Assembly (NCBI RefSeq): GCF_002087085.1
Contig: NZ_MWQY01000018.1
Coordinates: 62,001-90,897, forward strand
Reading direction: 5' to 3'
DNA length: 28,897 nt
Shown here: positions 9,101 to 18,462 of the stretch, piece by piece
How positions within the stretch are numbered: position 1 is the stretch's first letter
Layout of the letters: each line of letters opens with the position of its first letter
Program-made: the position numbers and the translations under genes
The notes under the pieces: model-generated
The model's database searches: none
Told to the model about the DNA's origin: nothing
What the model saw: only the letters and a program-made list of their open reading frames with translations

Positions 9101-9343
9101 ATCGAAGCAGGAGGAAACCGTCTGCGCCCCATTCTGATGACCAGTCTTACCACCATCCTCGCCCTTGTGCCCATGGCTTTCTTTGCCGGTGAAGGCGCGG
9201 AGCTGGTCCAGCCCATTGGAAAAACCGTGGTGGGCGGTCTCTCCGTCGCGACCTTGCTGACCCTCTTCCTGGTCCCGGTACTCTACGCCCTGCTTAACGG
9301 CCGAGCGGAAAAACGGGCCCTCAAAAGGAGACAGAAATCGTGA
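6191..9343 (+). CDS. RND efflux transporter permease (AcrB/AcrD/AcrF family)
   Basis: 1050 aa; GAGPEEVEKRITRPLE, GMLVDNSIVILENI, RLRPILMTSLTTILALVP; two-fold repeat of TM and large periplasmic domains. Confidence 0.95.
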   Translation: MSITKTVVGRPTTTAIIFVLLIALGFYAISDLAIDLYPDIEPPVLLLFTDYSGAGPEEVEKRITRPLEGGLSNVGNIEEITSTSAEGNSMIQIEFTWGTDMAEAANDVRDKLEFVKDMLPEEASTPQIFKFDPSMIPIMYLNVSGNRSPEDLREIAEKIIQPRLEQVEGVALVSVAGGRQRIIRVEVPQNRLEAYNLTLTQIQGMLQQQNVSLSGGSVGEGNINYLVSTAGDFQSIKQIRDSVIAYKAKSSGAAAAAGYSPTQTIRLGDLANVYDGYADETNAIFINGKDGVFLTVQKQSGTNSVRTADNVLERIRRINTELPAGVQMAVIYDTTKIIRASLQQVSSSAITGGILAVVILLLFLRSFRTTLIIGLTIPISFVITLMLMYFAGLTLNIMTLSGLALGIGMLVDNSIVILENIFRYREKGAKLKTSAVIGTREMINAIVASTLTTICVFAPLAIFKSQLAMIGELFAGLSFTVVISLLSSLAVAMFLVPVLSSHYLPIRSNLQRPRKGLSKRIDDFLGGFFNALDELYKRSLARVLRHKLLTILLVVLIFAGSLSLLTIASYEFMPEMDDDFIELSVELPLGTRLELTKDVMRQLESIARDEIQAYSSLIVSAGERSFFGFLGSLQTHKGTLSITLPPYQERVETSTQVEQILRSHFNEFPSAVFEFTAGGPGGGGTPIDVLVKTDDMELGRETAYRIRDLMKEEIPEITEPVVSLQEGLPELDIVIDRDRAYELGLTMAAIGQEIRANVEGVTASRYNDEGNEYDILLILPEEDRNEIPDLEKIFVVNSAGQHIPLASFASTTKTTGPVSINRENQTRTIHVQGGLAPGAKLQEVELGLRRLIADRIPVNENVVLEYSGDYAELMEYGMKFVVILIISILLVFGVMASQFESFLDPFIIFFTIPLVLVGVILIYILTGQSFSIFTAVGLVMLVGIVVNNGIVLVDYTNLLRKRGMSITEACIEAGGNRLRPILMTSLTTILALVPMAFFAGEGAELVQPIGKTVVGGLSVATLLTLFLVPVLYALLNGRAEKRALKRRQKS

Positions 9344-9621
9344 AAAGAATCGAAATTATCGCCAACCGCTCCATAGAAGGTGACCTTCACGACGCCCTGA
9401 AAGAGGCGGGAGCGGCACAGCATTACACCAAGATACCTGTCGTTCACGGGGTCGGAAACTCCGGCCCCCGGATGGGGGACCATATCTGGCCGGAGGAGAA
9501 TTTCATTATGATTGTCTACTGCGAGGATGAGGAGGCGGCGAAAATCCGCTCCGCGGTGGAGAATTTAAAGACCTTCTTTACCCAGGAGGGAATCAAGCTC
9601 TTCGAAATGGAGTGGCGATAA
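9340..9621 (+). CDS. PII-like small protein (PG0541-family transporter-associated protein)
   Basis: GTGA overlap with RND stop and AGGAG SD; MKRIEII..., YTKIPVVHGVGNSGPRMGDHIWPEEN has a PII/GlnB-like pattern. Confidence 0.7.
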   Translation: MKRIEIIANRSIEGDLHDALKEAGAAQHYTKIPVVHGVGNSGPRMGDHIWPEENFIMIVYCEDEEAAKIRSAVENLKTFFTQEGIKLFEMEWR

Positions 9622-9634
9622 ACCGGGCTCGTAT

Positions 9635-10615
9635 TTACAGGAACTCCCGGAGCCGGTCCTCGAAGAGGCTCCACTCCCTGCAGCCCCGCAGGACAGTCCA
9701 GAACTCCCCTGCCTGTGCAGCATCGTCGCTTCCGTGTTTCAGATACCCGAAGTAGAGCTTCATCTTCCCCAGGATCCATGGAGGGGCGGCTCCGGAGGCA
9801 AGAAACTCGTCGGCAAGGCGCCGTAAAAAATGAGCGATCTCCTTCATGGCAAAGGATTCTTTCCTGCCGCTTCTGATCTCCCGCGCCAGTACCGGCCGGC
9901 TCAGGAATCCCCGGCCCAGGAGCCATCCGGCGGTTTCCGGAAAACGGGCAGAGATCCCCTGAAAATCTTCGGCAGAATTAATGTCCCCGCTGTAGAACAG
10001 GGAATGCCGGCAGCGGGCAAGGAATTCGCCGTAGGCCTCTCTGTCCGGTGTCCCCCGGTACATCTGCCGTCCCGTCCTGGGATGGAGCACTACAAAGTCC
10101 AGGGGAAAATCATTCAGAACCTTCAGGACCTCCCGCCACTCATCAGCCTCCTCGAGGCCGAGACGCAATTTGACCGAGAAGGCCGGAAGATCAGGCCGAC
10201 AGGAGCGGGAGAGAACCTCTTCTATCAGGTGTGGATGGGGCAGAATCCCGGAACCCCGCTTTTTACGGGTAATGTTCGGTATCGGGCAGCCGATGTTCCA
10301 GTTTACCTGGGTGTATCCCAGATCGGCGCAGGCCCGGGAGACATGGACTATCCCCTCTGGATCGGCTCCCAGGATCTGCGGAATCAGCGGCCGGGTTCCG
10401 TTGACCCCGGGCAGAACGTCCCGCAGGTGATAGTCATAGCGTCTGGCCCCCCGGATGGTCCCGATAAAGGGCGCAATGGCCCCGTCAAGTCCGCCGAACA
10501 TCTCCATGGCCGCCCTGCGAAAAGCGGCGGTGGTTATGCCTTCCAGAGGAGCGAGAACAAGGAGAGGGGAGCTTCCGGCGGAGGAACCTAGGCGTAACGG
10601 CGAAGGATTACCCAC
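9635..10615 (-). CDS. tRNA-dihydrouridine synthase (Dus family)
   Basis: LAPLEGIT, PQILG, NWNIGCP (catalytic Cys), GSGIL, SVKLRLG, HPRT, SGDI, LLGRG. Exact start uncertain; it overlaps the upstream gene by 28 bp. Confidence 0.9.
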   Translation of the reverse strand: MGNPSPLRLGSSAGSSPLLVLAPLEGITTAAFRRAAMEMFGGLDGAIAPFIGTIRGARRYDYHLRDVLPGVNGTRPLIPQILGADPEGIVHVSRACADLGYTQVNWNIGCPIPNITRKKRGSGILPHPHLIEEVLSRSCRPDLPAFSVKLRLGLEEADEWREVLKVLNDFPLDFVVLHPRTGRQMYRGTPDREAYGEFLARCRHSLFYSGDINSAEDFQGISARFPETAGWLLGRGFLSRPVLAREIRSGRKESFAMKEIAHFLRRLADEFLASGAAPPWILGKMKLYFGYLKHGSDDAAQAGEFWTVLRGCREWSLFEDRLREFL

Positions 10616-10989
10616 AGCGAGGAGAGTACAATCAGGTCAGGAGCCATATTGTGGAGCCAGACAAGGGCATCGGGCTGAAGAAAATCATTGAGAAAATAGT
10701 ATAGAACGACCCGCAGGGCCCAGAGAACAAAGACGAAGAGAACCGCGAAAAAGAGGGTCCTGTTGCGGATAAGCAGAAAAAGCCCCACCAGCAGAATGGT
10801 ACCGGAAACGAGTTCCAGGACAGTAATTATAATCGCAACAACGTCATTTCCTATACCCAGAGCACGAAAGACCTTACTTCCCGTTGAAGTGTAGTCCATG
10901 AGCCCCAGCAGTCCGGATACTATTAAAAACAGAGAAACCGCGAGCTGCAGAAAAAAGATTCCGTCCACGGATTTTTCCCGATTAGCCAT
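10588..10989 (-). CDS. Hypothetical integral membrane protein (~4 TM)
   Basis: 133 aa with four hydrophobic segments; AGGAG SD upstream of ATG. Confidence 0.75.
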   Translation of the reverse strand: MANREKSVDGIFFLQLAVSLFLIVSGLLGLMDYTSTGSKVFRALGIGNDVVAIIITVLELVSGTILLVGLFLLIRNRTLFFAVLFVFVLWALRVVLYYFLNDFLQPDALVWLHNMAPDLIVLSSLWVILRRYA

Positions 10990-11027
10990 ATTATCTCCTA
11001 TATATGAATGTCTGCTTTTATCATATT

Positions 11028-13124
11028 CTAGCTGCCCGCGTTGAGCAATACCGGGTAATACCGGACCGTGAAACGTGAGGCCAGCTCCTCGATGGCGAGG
11101 GGTTTGTCGAAGAGGTACCCCTGATAGATATTGCAGCCCGCCTCCTGGAGAAACTCGAGCTGGTCCAGGGTTTCCACCCCTTCGGCAACAACGGAAAAAC
11201 CCAGATCATGGGAGAGCCCGATTATTGCATTGATGATGGTGGATGATTTTCGACTGAAATTCAGGTTTTCCAGAAAAGACTTGTCAATCTTGATGGTCCC
11301 CACAGGAAAATCCTTGATTTTTTTCAGGGAAGAGTAGCCTGTTCCAAAATCATCGATGGCAATACTGACCCCCATTTCATTCAACTGCAGCAGTTTTTTC
11401 TCCGCCTCGTCCTGGTCCCTCATGATCCCGGTTTCAGTTATTTCCAGTTCAAGAAGGGCGGGATCAAAACCGGTCTTCTCCAGCGCCCGCTGTATGTCCC
11501 TCACCAGGTCCGGATGGCCGAACTGAAAGGGTGATAAATTCACCGCCAGAACAGGTTTCTCTTCCCCTTCTCCGGCACAGACACAGCGCTGCCATTCCCT
11601 CAGGGCAAGATCCAGTATCTCTCTGCCGAAGGGGATGATAAGTCCGCTGCTCTCGGCCACGGGAATAAACTGATCCGGCGGAATCTGTCCAAGTTCCGGA
11701 GAGTTCCAGCGGGCCAGGGCTTCCGCACCGATAATGCGCCCCTTGCGGTCAACCTTCGGCTGAAACAGGGCGTGGAATTCGTTTCCCCCCAGGGCCTGTT
11801 CGAACTGACGCTCCAGGGTCCGGCGGGCCTGGATTGAGCTGTGGAGACGGCGGTTATACATCTGGTAGGTGGACTTCCCCCGTTCCTTTGCCATGAAGAG
11901 GGCCGTTTCACTGTTCTTGACCAGCATCTCCTCGTTAAAACCGTCGTCCGGATAGACCGCGACACCGATACTGACACTGACCCGGATCCTCTCTCCGAGA
12001 ATGCCGATCGGCTCCTTGAACACCTCGAGGATCTTCTTGACGATTTCCAGCACATGATCGGTGCGGTTTACATCCGTCACCAGCACTCCGAACTTGTCGC
12101 CCTCCAGCCGGGAGACCGAATCGTCCTTGCGGAATGATCTGGAAAGGATCTTCCCGATCTCCACCAGAAGCCTGTCGCCTATCTTGGGCCCGAAAAGGTC
12201 ATTGACCTCCTTGAAGCGGTCTACCCCGAAACAGAGAACCGCGAAGGTTGTGGACCTGCGCTTTATGTGCCGCAGCTCAAGACCGAGGCGTTCAAAGAAC
12301 ATTCTGCGGTTCGGCAGACGGGTAAGATAGTCGTAGTGTTCATAAAACTGGGCCTTCTCCTCCGCCACCTTCCGGGCGGAGATGTCCCTGAGGGTAACAA
12401 TGACTCCGGAAATTCGGTGATTGTTCAGCTGGTTATTGCAGTTCGCCTCCATGTGTACCCACTCGTCATCGGTATTCCGCAGGCGAAAATCCAGAATATC
12501 GAAGGTGGACATTTCAGTAATCCCGGAAAGGAAGAGGGCGGAGACCCGGTCGATATCCTCGGAATGAATAAAATCCCGAAAGTTCCTGGTGTTCAACGCC
12601 TCCGGCCGATACCCAAGGAGGGAGACAACGGCACCCCCGGCATACTCAATTGTCATCGATTCATTGACAACCAGGGTTATCTCCCGGCTCAGCTCAACCA
12701 TGGCCTTGAGCTTTTCCTCATTACCGAGGAGCCGCTCCTCGTAGCGCTTCCAGTGGGAGATATCAAAGAGGGTAATGACCAGATTACCGGCGTCAAGATA
12801 GTTTCCAACCTGCAGCACCAGGTTGCGGTGCAGACCGTTGCGATCGACAATCCGGACTTCGTACTGGTCGGGAACATCCTTGTCCCCGGCGCTGCGTCGT
12901 CGATGATAGTAGCGGATCTTCTGCAGGTCTTCCTGGACGACAATATCGTTCCAGTGAACCGTGCGGTTTAAAAACAGTTCGTGGGAATATCCGGTTACTT
13001 CAAATACAGACTCGTTGATATATACAAGATCAAGCCGGGCATCCACAACAGCGATGATCACAGCCCTCGACTGCTCCAGAATGCGGCGATAGAATTCTGA
13101 TGTTTCCCCAAGCTGCGAACTCAC
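11028..13124 (-). CDS. PAS-PAS-GGDEF(degenerate)-EAL protein, probable c-di-GMP phosphodiesterase
   Basis: Two PAS domains; DYLTRLPNRR; EGDKF replaces GGDEF; intact EALARW, DDFGTGYSS, KIDKSF, EGVET, QGY. GTG at 13124 is better spaced from the AAGGA SD than TTG at 13133. Confidence 0.9.
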   Translation of the reverse strand: MSSQLGETSEFYRRILEQSRAVIIAVVDARLDLVYINESVFEVTGYSHELFLNRTVHWNDIVVQEDLQKIRYYHRRRSAGDKDVPDQYEVRIVDRNGLHRNLVLQVGNYLDAGNLVITLFDISHWKRYEERLLGNEEKLKAMVELSREITLVVNESMTIEYAGGAVVSLLGYRPEALNTRNFRDFIHSEDIDRVSALFLSGITEMSTFDILDFRLRNTDDEWVHMEANCNNQLNNHRISGVIVTLRDISARKVAEEKAQFYEHYDYLTRLPNRRMFFERLGLELRHIKRRSTTFAVLCFGVDRFKEVNDLFGPKIGDRLLVEIGKILSRSFRKDDSVSRLEGDKFGVLVTDVNRTDHVLEIVKKILEVFKEPIGILGERIRVSVSIGVAVYPDDGFNEEMLVKNSETALFMAKERGKSTYQMYNRRLHSSIQARRTLERQFEQALGGNEFHALFQPKVDRKGRIIGAEALARWNSPELGQIPPDQFIPVAESSGLIIPFGREILDLALREWQRCVCAGEGEEKPVLAVNLSPFQFGHPDLVRDIQRALEKTGFDPALLELEITETGIMRDQDEAEKKLLQLNEMGVSIAIDDFGTGYSSLKKIKDFPVGTIKIDKSFLENLNFSRKSSTIINAIIGLSHDLGFSVVAEGVETLDQLEFLQEAGCNIYQGYLFDKPLAIEELASRFTVRYYPVLLNAGS

Positions 13125-13180
13125 GCGATACAATCCTTTATGATACGATTAACGGCATTGTAGCACATAAGATTGAGCCC

Positions 13181-15004
13181 TCATGCGGGATGTTTTCCCC
13201 TGTTTTTGCCCCGGCTCTTTCCCGCCGGCGCCACCAGGCATTTCCCGCCGTAACCGATCAGATCCTTCCTGCCCGCTTTTATCAGGGCCCTTCGCACGAG
13301 CTCGGCGTTTTCCCGCCTGTTGAACTGCAGCAGTGCCCGCTGCATCTGTTTTTCATCAGGATCCGAGGGCACGTAAATCTTTTTCATTGTCCTCGGGTCG
13401 ATCCCGGTATAGTACATGCAGGTGGACACCGTTCCAGGGGTGGGATAATAATCCTGGACCTGCTGGGGAATAAAGCGCTGCTCCTTGAAAAAGAGGGCCA
13501 GTTCCACCGCGTCATCCAGGGTGGATCCGGGATGGGAGGAGATAAAATAGGGTACGATGTACTGCTTTTTCCCGAGTTCCGAGTTTATGCTGTCAAAGCG
13601 CTTTTTAAAGTCCAGGTAGACCCGGTGCTCCGGTTTCCCCATGGCCGCGAGGACCCGGGACGAGACATGCTCGGGCGCTACCTTGAGCTGGCCGCTTACA
13701 TGATGTTCGCACAGCTCCCGCAGAAAACGATCGTTCCCTTCGGCCAGCAGATAATCAAAACGGATACCCGAGCGTATAAATACCTTCTTTACCCCCGGGA
13801 CCCTTCTCAACCTGCCTAAAAGCTGAACATAATCCGAATGGTCCGCATCCAGGGCAGGACAGGGTTCGGGATACAGGCACATCCGGTCGACGCAGGTTCC
13901 GCTTTCAAGCTGTTTTTTGCAGGAGGGATGCCGGAAGTTGGCCGTCGGTCCTCCCACGTCGTGAATGTAGCCCTTGAAGCCGGCATGCCGGGTAAGCTCC
14001 TCCGCCTCCCTGATAAGGGATTCATGGCTGCGGGACTGGATAATCCGTCCCTGGTGAAAGGTCAGGGCGCAGAAGCTGCAGGAGCCGAAGCAGCCGCGGT
14101 TCGAGACCAGGCTGAAGCGAACCTCCTCGATGGCCGGTACGTCCAGGGTGTACATGGGGTGAGGCTCCCTGGCAAAGGGCAGGGAGTAGATCCGGTCGAA
14201 CTCCTCCCGTTCCAGGGGCCTCTGGGGCGGAAGCTGCAGCACACCGTTACTTCCGTAGGCTTCGTAGAGGGGCTTTGCGCTTACAGGATCGGTATTGCGC
14301 ATCTGGACGCGGAAACTCTCCGCATAGGCCCTGCGCTCCTTTTTCAGACGGTCATGGGAGGGAAGCACAATCGTCTCTTCCGGCAGAGAATCCTCATCCG
14401 CCAGCACAACGGTACCGGGGATGTTCCTGATCTCCCGGATATGTTCCCCCGCGTCCATGCGCCGGGCGATCTCGACGATGCTCCGCTCCGCCATTCCATA
14501 GACCAGAAGGTCCGCTTTGGAATCAAGAAGCAGGGAGCGGCGCAGGGAATCGCTCCAGTAATCATAGTGGGCCAGGCGCCTTAAGGAGGCCTCGATACCG
14601 CCGATGATGAGGGGCATGCGCTTATAGGCCCGGCGTACCAGGTTGGCGTAGACAATGGAAGCCCGGTCAGGCCTGCGCCCCCCCTCTCCCCCGGGGGAAT
14701 AGGAGTCGTCCCTGCGGGGCTTTCTGGCCGCCGTATAGTTGGCCACCATGGAATCCAGGTTTCCGGCGCTTACGAGAAATCCCAGGCGGGGACGACCGAA
14801 CAGGGTCAGGCTTTCCGGAGAACGCCAGTCGGGCTGGGGGATAATCCCCACACGGAAGCCCTCGGCTTCCAGGACACGGCCGATAATAGCCGTTCCAAAA
14901 GAGGGGTGATCAACATAGGCGTCGCCGCTTACCAGGATAAAATCGCAGCGGTCCCATCCGCGGTCCGCCATTTCCTGAGCTGTACAGGGCAAAAAAGGTA
15001 TCAT
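13181..15004 (-). CDS. YgiQ-family radical SAM protein
   Basis: GDAYVDHPSFG, NRGCFGSCSFC (CxxxCxxC), DVGGPTAN, SGIRFDY, LKVAPEH, YFISSHPG, QVQDYYPTP. Confidence 0.92.
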   Translation of the reverse strand: MIPFLPCTAQEMADRGWDRCDFILVSGDAYVDHPSFGTAIIGRVLEAEGFRVGIIPQPDWRSPESLTLFGRPRLGFLVSAGNLDSMVANYTAARKPRRDDSYSPGGEGGRRPDRASIVYANLVRRAYKRMPLIIGGIEASLRRLAHYDYWSDSLRRSLLLDSKADLLVYGMAERSIVEIARRMDAGEHIREIRNIPGTVVLADEDSLPEETIVLPSHDRLKKERRAYAESFRVQMRNTDPVSAKPLYEAYGSNGVLQLPPQRPLEREEFDRIYSLPFAREPHPMYTLDVPAIEEVRFSLVSNRGCFGSCSFCALTFHQGRIIQSRSHESLIREAEELTRHAGFKGYIHDVGGPTANFRHPSCKKQLESGTCVDRMCLYPEPCPALDADHSDYVQLLGRLRRVPGVKKVFIRSGIRFDYLLAEGNDRFLRELCEHHVSGQLKVAPEHVSSRVLAAMGKPEHRVYLDFKKRFDSINSELGKKQYIVPYFISSHPGSTLDDAVELALFFKEQRFIPQQVQDYYPTPGTVSTCMYYTGIDPRTMKKIYVPSDPDEKQMQRALLQFNRRENAELVRRALIKAGRKDLIGYGGKCLVAPAGKSRGKNRGKHPA

Positions 15005-15051
15005 TCAGGGGCAAGTATGACAAAAAAAGAGAGAATTATCCAGAGACGGCC

Positions 15052-15411
15052 CTAGATCCTTTCCAGTTTCTCCTTTGTATGTTCGTCTCTGACATCCCCG
15101 GTATTCAGTGTTCCTGCAGGTTCAAACATCATGATACAGGCTTCGGAATCCGCGTGAGGACGATGAAGAACCCCCCGGGGCACAACGATCAGATCTCCCT
15201 CTCCAAGGGGCACCTGCCGATCTTCGAAATCCATTCGGATGGTCCCCTGGACCACGAGGAAGAGCTCGTCCGTCTCCTCGTGCCGGTGCATGGGAAAATC
15301 CCCTTCGATCCGGGCTATCTTTACCTGGTACTCATTAACCTGGGCAATTATCCTGGGATCCCATTGTTCGGTGAACAGACTGAATTTTTGCTGAAGATTG
15401 ATTCTATCCAT
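15052..15411 (-). CDS. Cupin-domain protein
   Basis: HRHEETDELFLV and VVPRGVLHRP cupin motifs; 119 aa; GGAAAGGA SD. Confidence 0.88.
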   Translation of the reverse strand: MDRINLQQKFSLFTEQWDPRIIAQVNEYQVKIARIEGDFPMHRHEETDELFLVVQGTIRMDFEDRQVPLGEGDLIVVPRGVLHRPHADSEACIMMFEPAGTLNTGDVRDEHTKEKLERI

Positions 15412-15556
15412 ATCCTTTCCTTTTACCTTTCAGTATACCCCTGTGCTGACAGACACAGGAGATTGAGGGGATAATTATACTCCGGGATTTGCCAAATGAT
15501 AACAAATAGGTACATTATAGAAACATAGGAAGTTAACCATATACGGAGGAATTGGT

Positions 15557-16471
15557 ATGAATGAATCTTTGCACGCCTACATGCGAGTCGGCATCATACA
15601 CTTTATGGCCTATCCTGAGGCCGGAAGCGGCAACGGACCGATTGACGAGTCCCTGCGCAAAGTCCTCACGGACGACTACTTTGATGCTGTGGAGATCACC
15701 TGGATCAAGGACAGGGAGGTTCGGGACCGGGCCAGACAGATGATCCAGTCCGCCCACATTTCCGTCGCTTTCGGAGCCCAGCCCATGCTCCTGTCCCAGA
15801 AGCAGAACGTCAACTCTCTGGACGAGGGAGAACGGAAAAAAGCGGTGGACACCGTTAAAGCCGCCATCGATGAAGCCTACGAGATGGGCGCCGAGGGAAC
15901 CGCTTTCCTGAGCGGGAAATACGAAGAGGCCGGCAAGGAAGAGGCCTTCCAGGCTCTCCTGAAATCCACCAGGGAAATCTGCGCCTACGCCAAATCAAAG
16001 GGAAACATGAAAATTGTCCACGAGGTATTCGATTACGATATCGACAAGGCAAGCCTGATCGGTCCCGCCTCTCTGGCAAAACGATACGCCGAGGAGATAA
16101 AAAAGGAGTACGATAATTTCGGACTCATGGTGGACCTGAGCCACATACCCCTGCTCCACGAAAGCATCAAGGAATCCCTGCTTCCCATCAAGGAGCACCT
16201 GGTTCATGCCCACATGGGGAACTGCGTCATGAAGGATCCTTCCATGCCCGCCTACGGAGACCAGCATCCCCGCTTCGGCTTTCCCAACAGTGAAAACGAT
16301 GTACAGGAGCTGACGGAGTACCTGCAGGCCCTCAAGGATATGGGTTTTCTGAACAAGGAGAAACCGCCGATCCTGAGCTTCGAGGTCAAACCCACCGCCG
16401 GAGAAGACCCCGATGTAGTCCTGGCCGGTTCCAAGCGCGTCCTGAACAGGGCCTGGACGATGGTGAAATAG
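15557..16471 (+). CDS. Sugar-phosphate isomerase/epimerase (xylose-isomerase-like TIM barrel)
   Basis: Metal-ligand pattern HEVFD, VDLSH, HAHMGN, GDQHPRFG, SFEVKP; GGAGG SD. Confidence 0.85.
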   Translation: MNESLHAYMRVGIIHFMAYPEAGSGNGPIDESLRKVLTDDYFDAVEITWIKDREVRDRARQMIQSAHISVAFGAQPMLLSQKQNVNSLDEGERKKAVDTVKAAIDEAYEMGAEGTAFLSGKYEEAGKEEAFQALLKSTREICAYAKSKGNMKIVHEVFDYDIDKASLIGPASLAKRYAEEIKKEYDNFGLMVDLSHIPLLHESIKESLLPIKEHLVHAHMGNCVMKDPSMPAYGDQHPRFGFPNSENDVQELTEYLQALKDMGFLNKEKPPILSFEVKPTAGEDPDVVLAGSKRVLNRAWTMVK

Positions 16472-16476
16472 AATTC

Positions 16477-16515
16477 AAACCGGGTGTATCCATTTCGCCG
16501 ATACACCCGGTTTTT
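16477..16515 (+). terminator. Intrinsic terminator after the epimerase gene
   Basis: Stem AAACCGGGTGTATC (16477-16490) / GATACACCCGGTTT (16500-16513), 9-nt loop, T run. Confidence 0.8.
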
Positions 16516-16577
16516 ATACACAATAAGCCATTGTTCCAGATAGGATTTTTCGTTTCTCAAAAAACCAAAACTTTTCC

Positions 16578-16680
16578 TTGACAACAACTAAAACCACCTT
16601 TACAGTATTTTTACGGCTTATCATTGGTATACAAAATGTTTTTTATATACATGATTCCAATTATGCCTGATTGTATACAC
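16578..16680 (+). promoter_or_regulatory. sigma70 promoter of gntR-dctPQM with putative GntR boxes
   Basis: TTGACA (16578-16583), 17 bp, TACAGT (16601-16606); downstream GTATAC (16627-16632) and TGTATACA (16672-16679). Confidence 0.65.
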
Positions 16681-16722
16681 ACATCATTCTAACTTTCAGG
16701 TTACGGAGCAGGTACCGGCATT

Positions 16723-17388
16723 ATGAACAAGAACCAGATAATTGAGGACATTAAAAAAAAGATTCGCAACGAAGAACTCCTCCCCGGTGCATACCTGATC
16801 GAACGTGACTTGTGCGAGCATTACGGCGTCAGCAGGACCCCCATGCGGGAGATCCTCTTCAACCTGGTCAATACAGGGCTTGTTGTACAGCAGCGGGGAA
16901 AGGGCTTTTCCGTACGCAAGCTGGACATAAAGCAGCTGTTCGAAATCTTCGAAGCCCGGGAGAGCATCGAGGCCATGGCGGCCAAGCTCTGCTGTCAAAA
17001 GGCCAGCAAGGCCGACCATCAGGAACTCAGAAACATCAGGGACCAGCTGGAGGCTATTGATGCCAATGCCCATGCCGACGAAGGCGTAAAGCTCGGCCGG
17101 GCCATGCACAGAAAGATAATCGAAACTGCAGGGAACTCTCTGTTGTCGGAGTTTCATGAAAAGCTCAACAACATGGTAACCCTTACCGCCAATATGACCC
17201 AGAAAATCTCAGGCATCGAGGTGGATTCCCGGACCTATCATATCTACATCATCAACGCCATTCTCGAAGGCAACGAGGAAATGAGCGAGCAGTATATGCG
17301 GGAGCACATCATCATGACCTGTCAGCATCTGCTTCACTCGTTGTATCCGAATTACAGCGGATTACCGGTGGGAACCGGTTCAAATTAG
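16723..17388 (+). CDS. GntR-family regulator (FCD ligand domain)
   Basis: LLPGAYLIERDLCEHYGVSRTPMRE wHTH; FEARESIE, HRKIIETAGN, MREHI FCD features. Confidence 0.92.
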   Translation: MNKNQIIEDIKKKIRNEELLPGAYLIERDLCEHYGVSRTPMREILFNLVNTGLVVQQRGKGFSVRKLDIKQLFEIFEARESIEAMAAKLCCQKASKADHQELRNIRDQLEAIDANAHADEGVKLGRAMHRKIIETAGNSLLSEFHEKLNNMVTLTANMTQKISGIEVDSRTYHIYIINAILEGNEEMSEQYMREHIIMTCQHLLHSLYPNYSGLPVGTGSN

Positions 17389-17442
17389 GTTGCTTCCCGG
17401 TTTCCGGGTAAAAAAATACATGTTCCTATTAGGAGGGATATT

Positions 17443-18462
17443 ATGAAAGCCATGAAAACACTCATGCAGATCGTCCTTGTTCTGCTCCTTGCATCCACAC
17501 TGATCTATGCTGAAGGCTCCAAGGAGAGCGCCGGCGGCAGTGCGGACAAGACTTACGAAATGTCGATTTCCTACGGCGGAGCTTCCGGCGGAGAAGACGA
17601 TATTTCCGCAAAGGAGTTCAAGAAGAGAATCGAAGAGAAATCCAACGGCAGAATCGAAGTTAAACTCTACGGCAACGAACAGCTGGGAAAAGAGGTTGAT
17701 ATCGTCAACATGCTCGAGCTCGGCAACGTAGATATGGCCATTATGGGAACCACGGTTCACCAGCAGGCCGCACCGGAATACAACATCTGGAGTGCCTACT
17801 ACATCTTCAAGAACAGCGATGAGGTTATGCACGTCCTGAACGGATCCATCGGTGACCGTGTCGAGAAGGCCATGCTCGACAACAAGGGCATCCGGATCAT
17901 AGGCTACGGACTCAGGGGGCCCCGGCACCTGACTTCTCTCCGGCCCATTCGCAAAGCCTCCGAGGTTCAGGGTCTCAAGATCAGAATTCCCCTCCAGCCC
18001 ATCTATGTAGAAAGCTGGAAGGCCCTCGGCGCCCAGCCCCAGGCAATCGCTTACGGCGAGCTCTACATGGCCCTGCGCCAGGGTATCGTTGAAGCCCAGG
18101 AGAACCCCCTTGCCTATATCTACGCTCCCCACTTTGACGAAGTCCAGGATTACGTAAACCAGACCGCTCACCAGCGGGCCTTCTTTACCTACGTTGTCAG
18201 CGAAAAGTTTTTCCAGAAACTCCCCGCCGATCTTCAGGAGCTTGTACTCGAAGAAGGCGAAGGAATTACCCAGTTCCACAACGATCTGCTGGCTGCCGGA
18301 GAAGAAGACTACAAGAAAAAGCTGCAGGAGAAGGGCATGGAATTCATCGAGGTGGATGTAGATTCCTTCCAGCAGGCCCTCAAGGATATTCCCAACCAGT
18401 TTGCCGACAGCTGGGTAGACGGACTTTACGACGACATCAAGGCTGAAATCGCCAACATGTAA
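17443..18462 (+). CDS. dctP: TRAP transporter substrate-binding protein
   Basis: Signal peptide; EEKSNGRIEVKLYGNEQLG, GLKIRIP (carboxylate-binding Arg), YGELYMALRQGIVEAQENP. Confidence 0.92.
   Translation: MKAMKTLMQIVLVLLLASTLIYAEGSKESAGGSADKTYEMSISYGGASGGEDDISAKEFKKRIEEKSNGRIEVKLYGNEQLGKEVDIVNMLELGNVDMAIMGTTVHQQAAPEYNIWSAYYIFKNSDEVMHVLNGSIGDRVEKAMLDNKGIRIIGYGLRGPRHLTSLRPIRKASEVQGLKIRIPLQPIYVESWKALGAQPQAIAYGELYMALRQGIVEAQENPLAYIYAPHFDEVQDYVNQTAHQRAFFTYVVSEKFFQKLPADLQELVLEEGEGITQFHNDLLAAGEEDYKKKLQEKGMEFIEVDVDSFQQALKDIPNQFADSWVDGLYDDIKAEIANM

Noticed and set aside
9830..10591. 253-aa plus-strand ORF
   Set aside because: Antisense to the well-supported Dus gene.
12267..14584. Several 230-250 aa plus-strand ORFs
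   Set aside because: Antisense shadows of the EAL and YgiQ genes.
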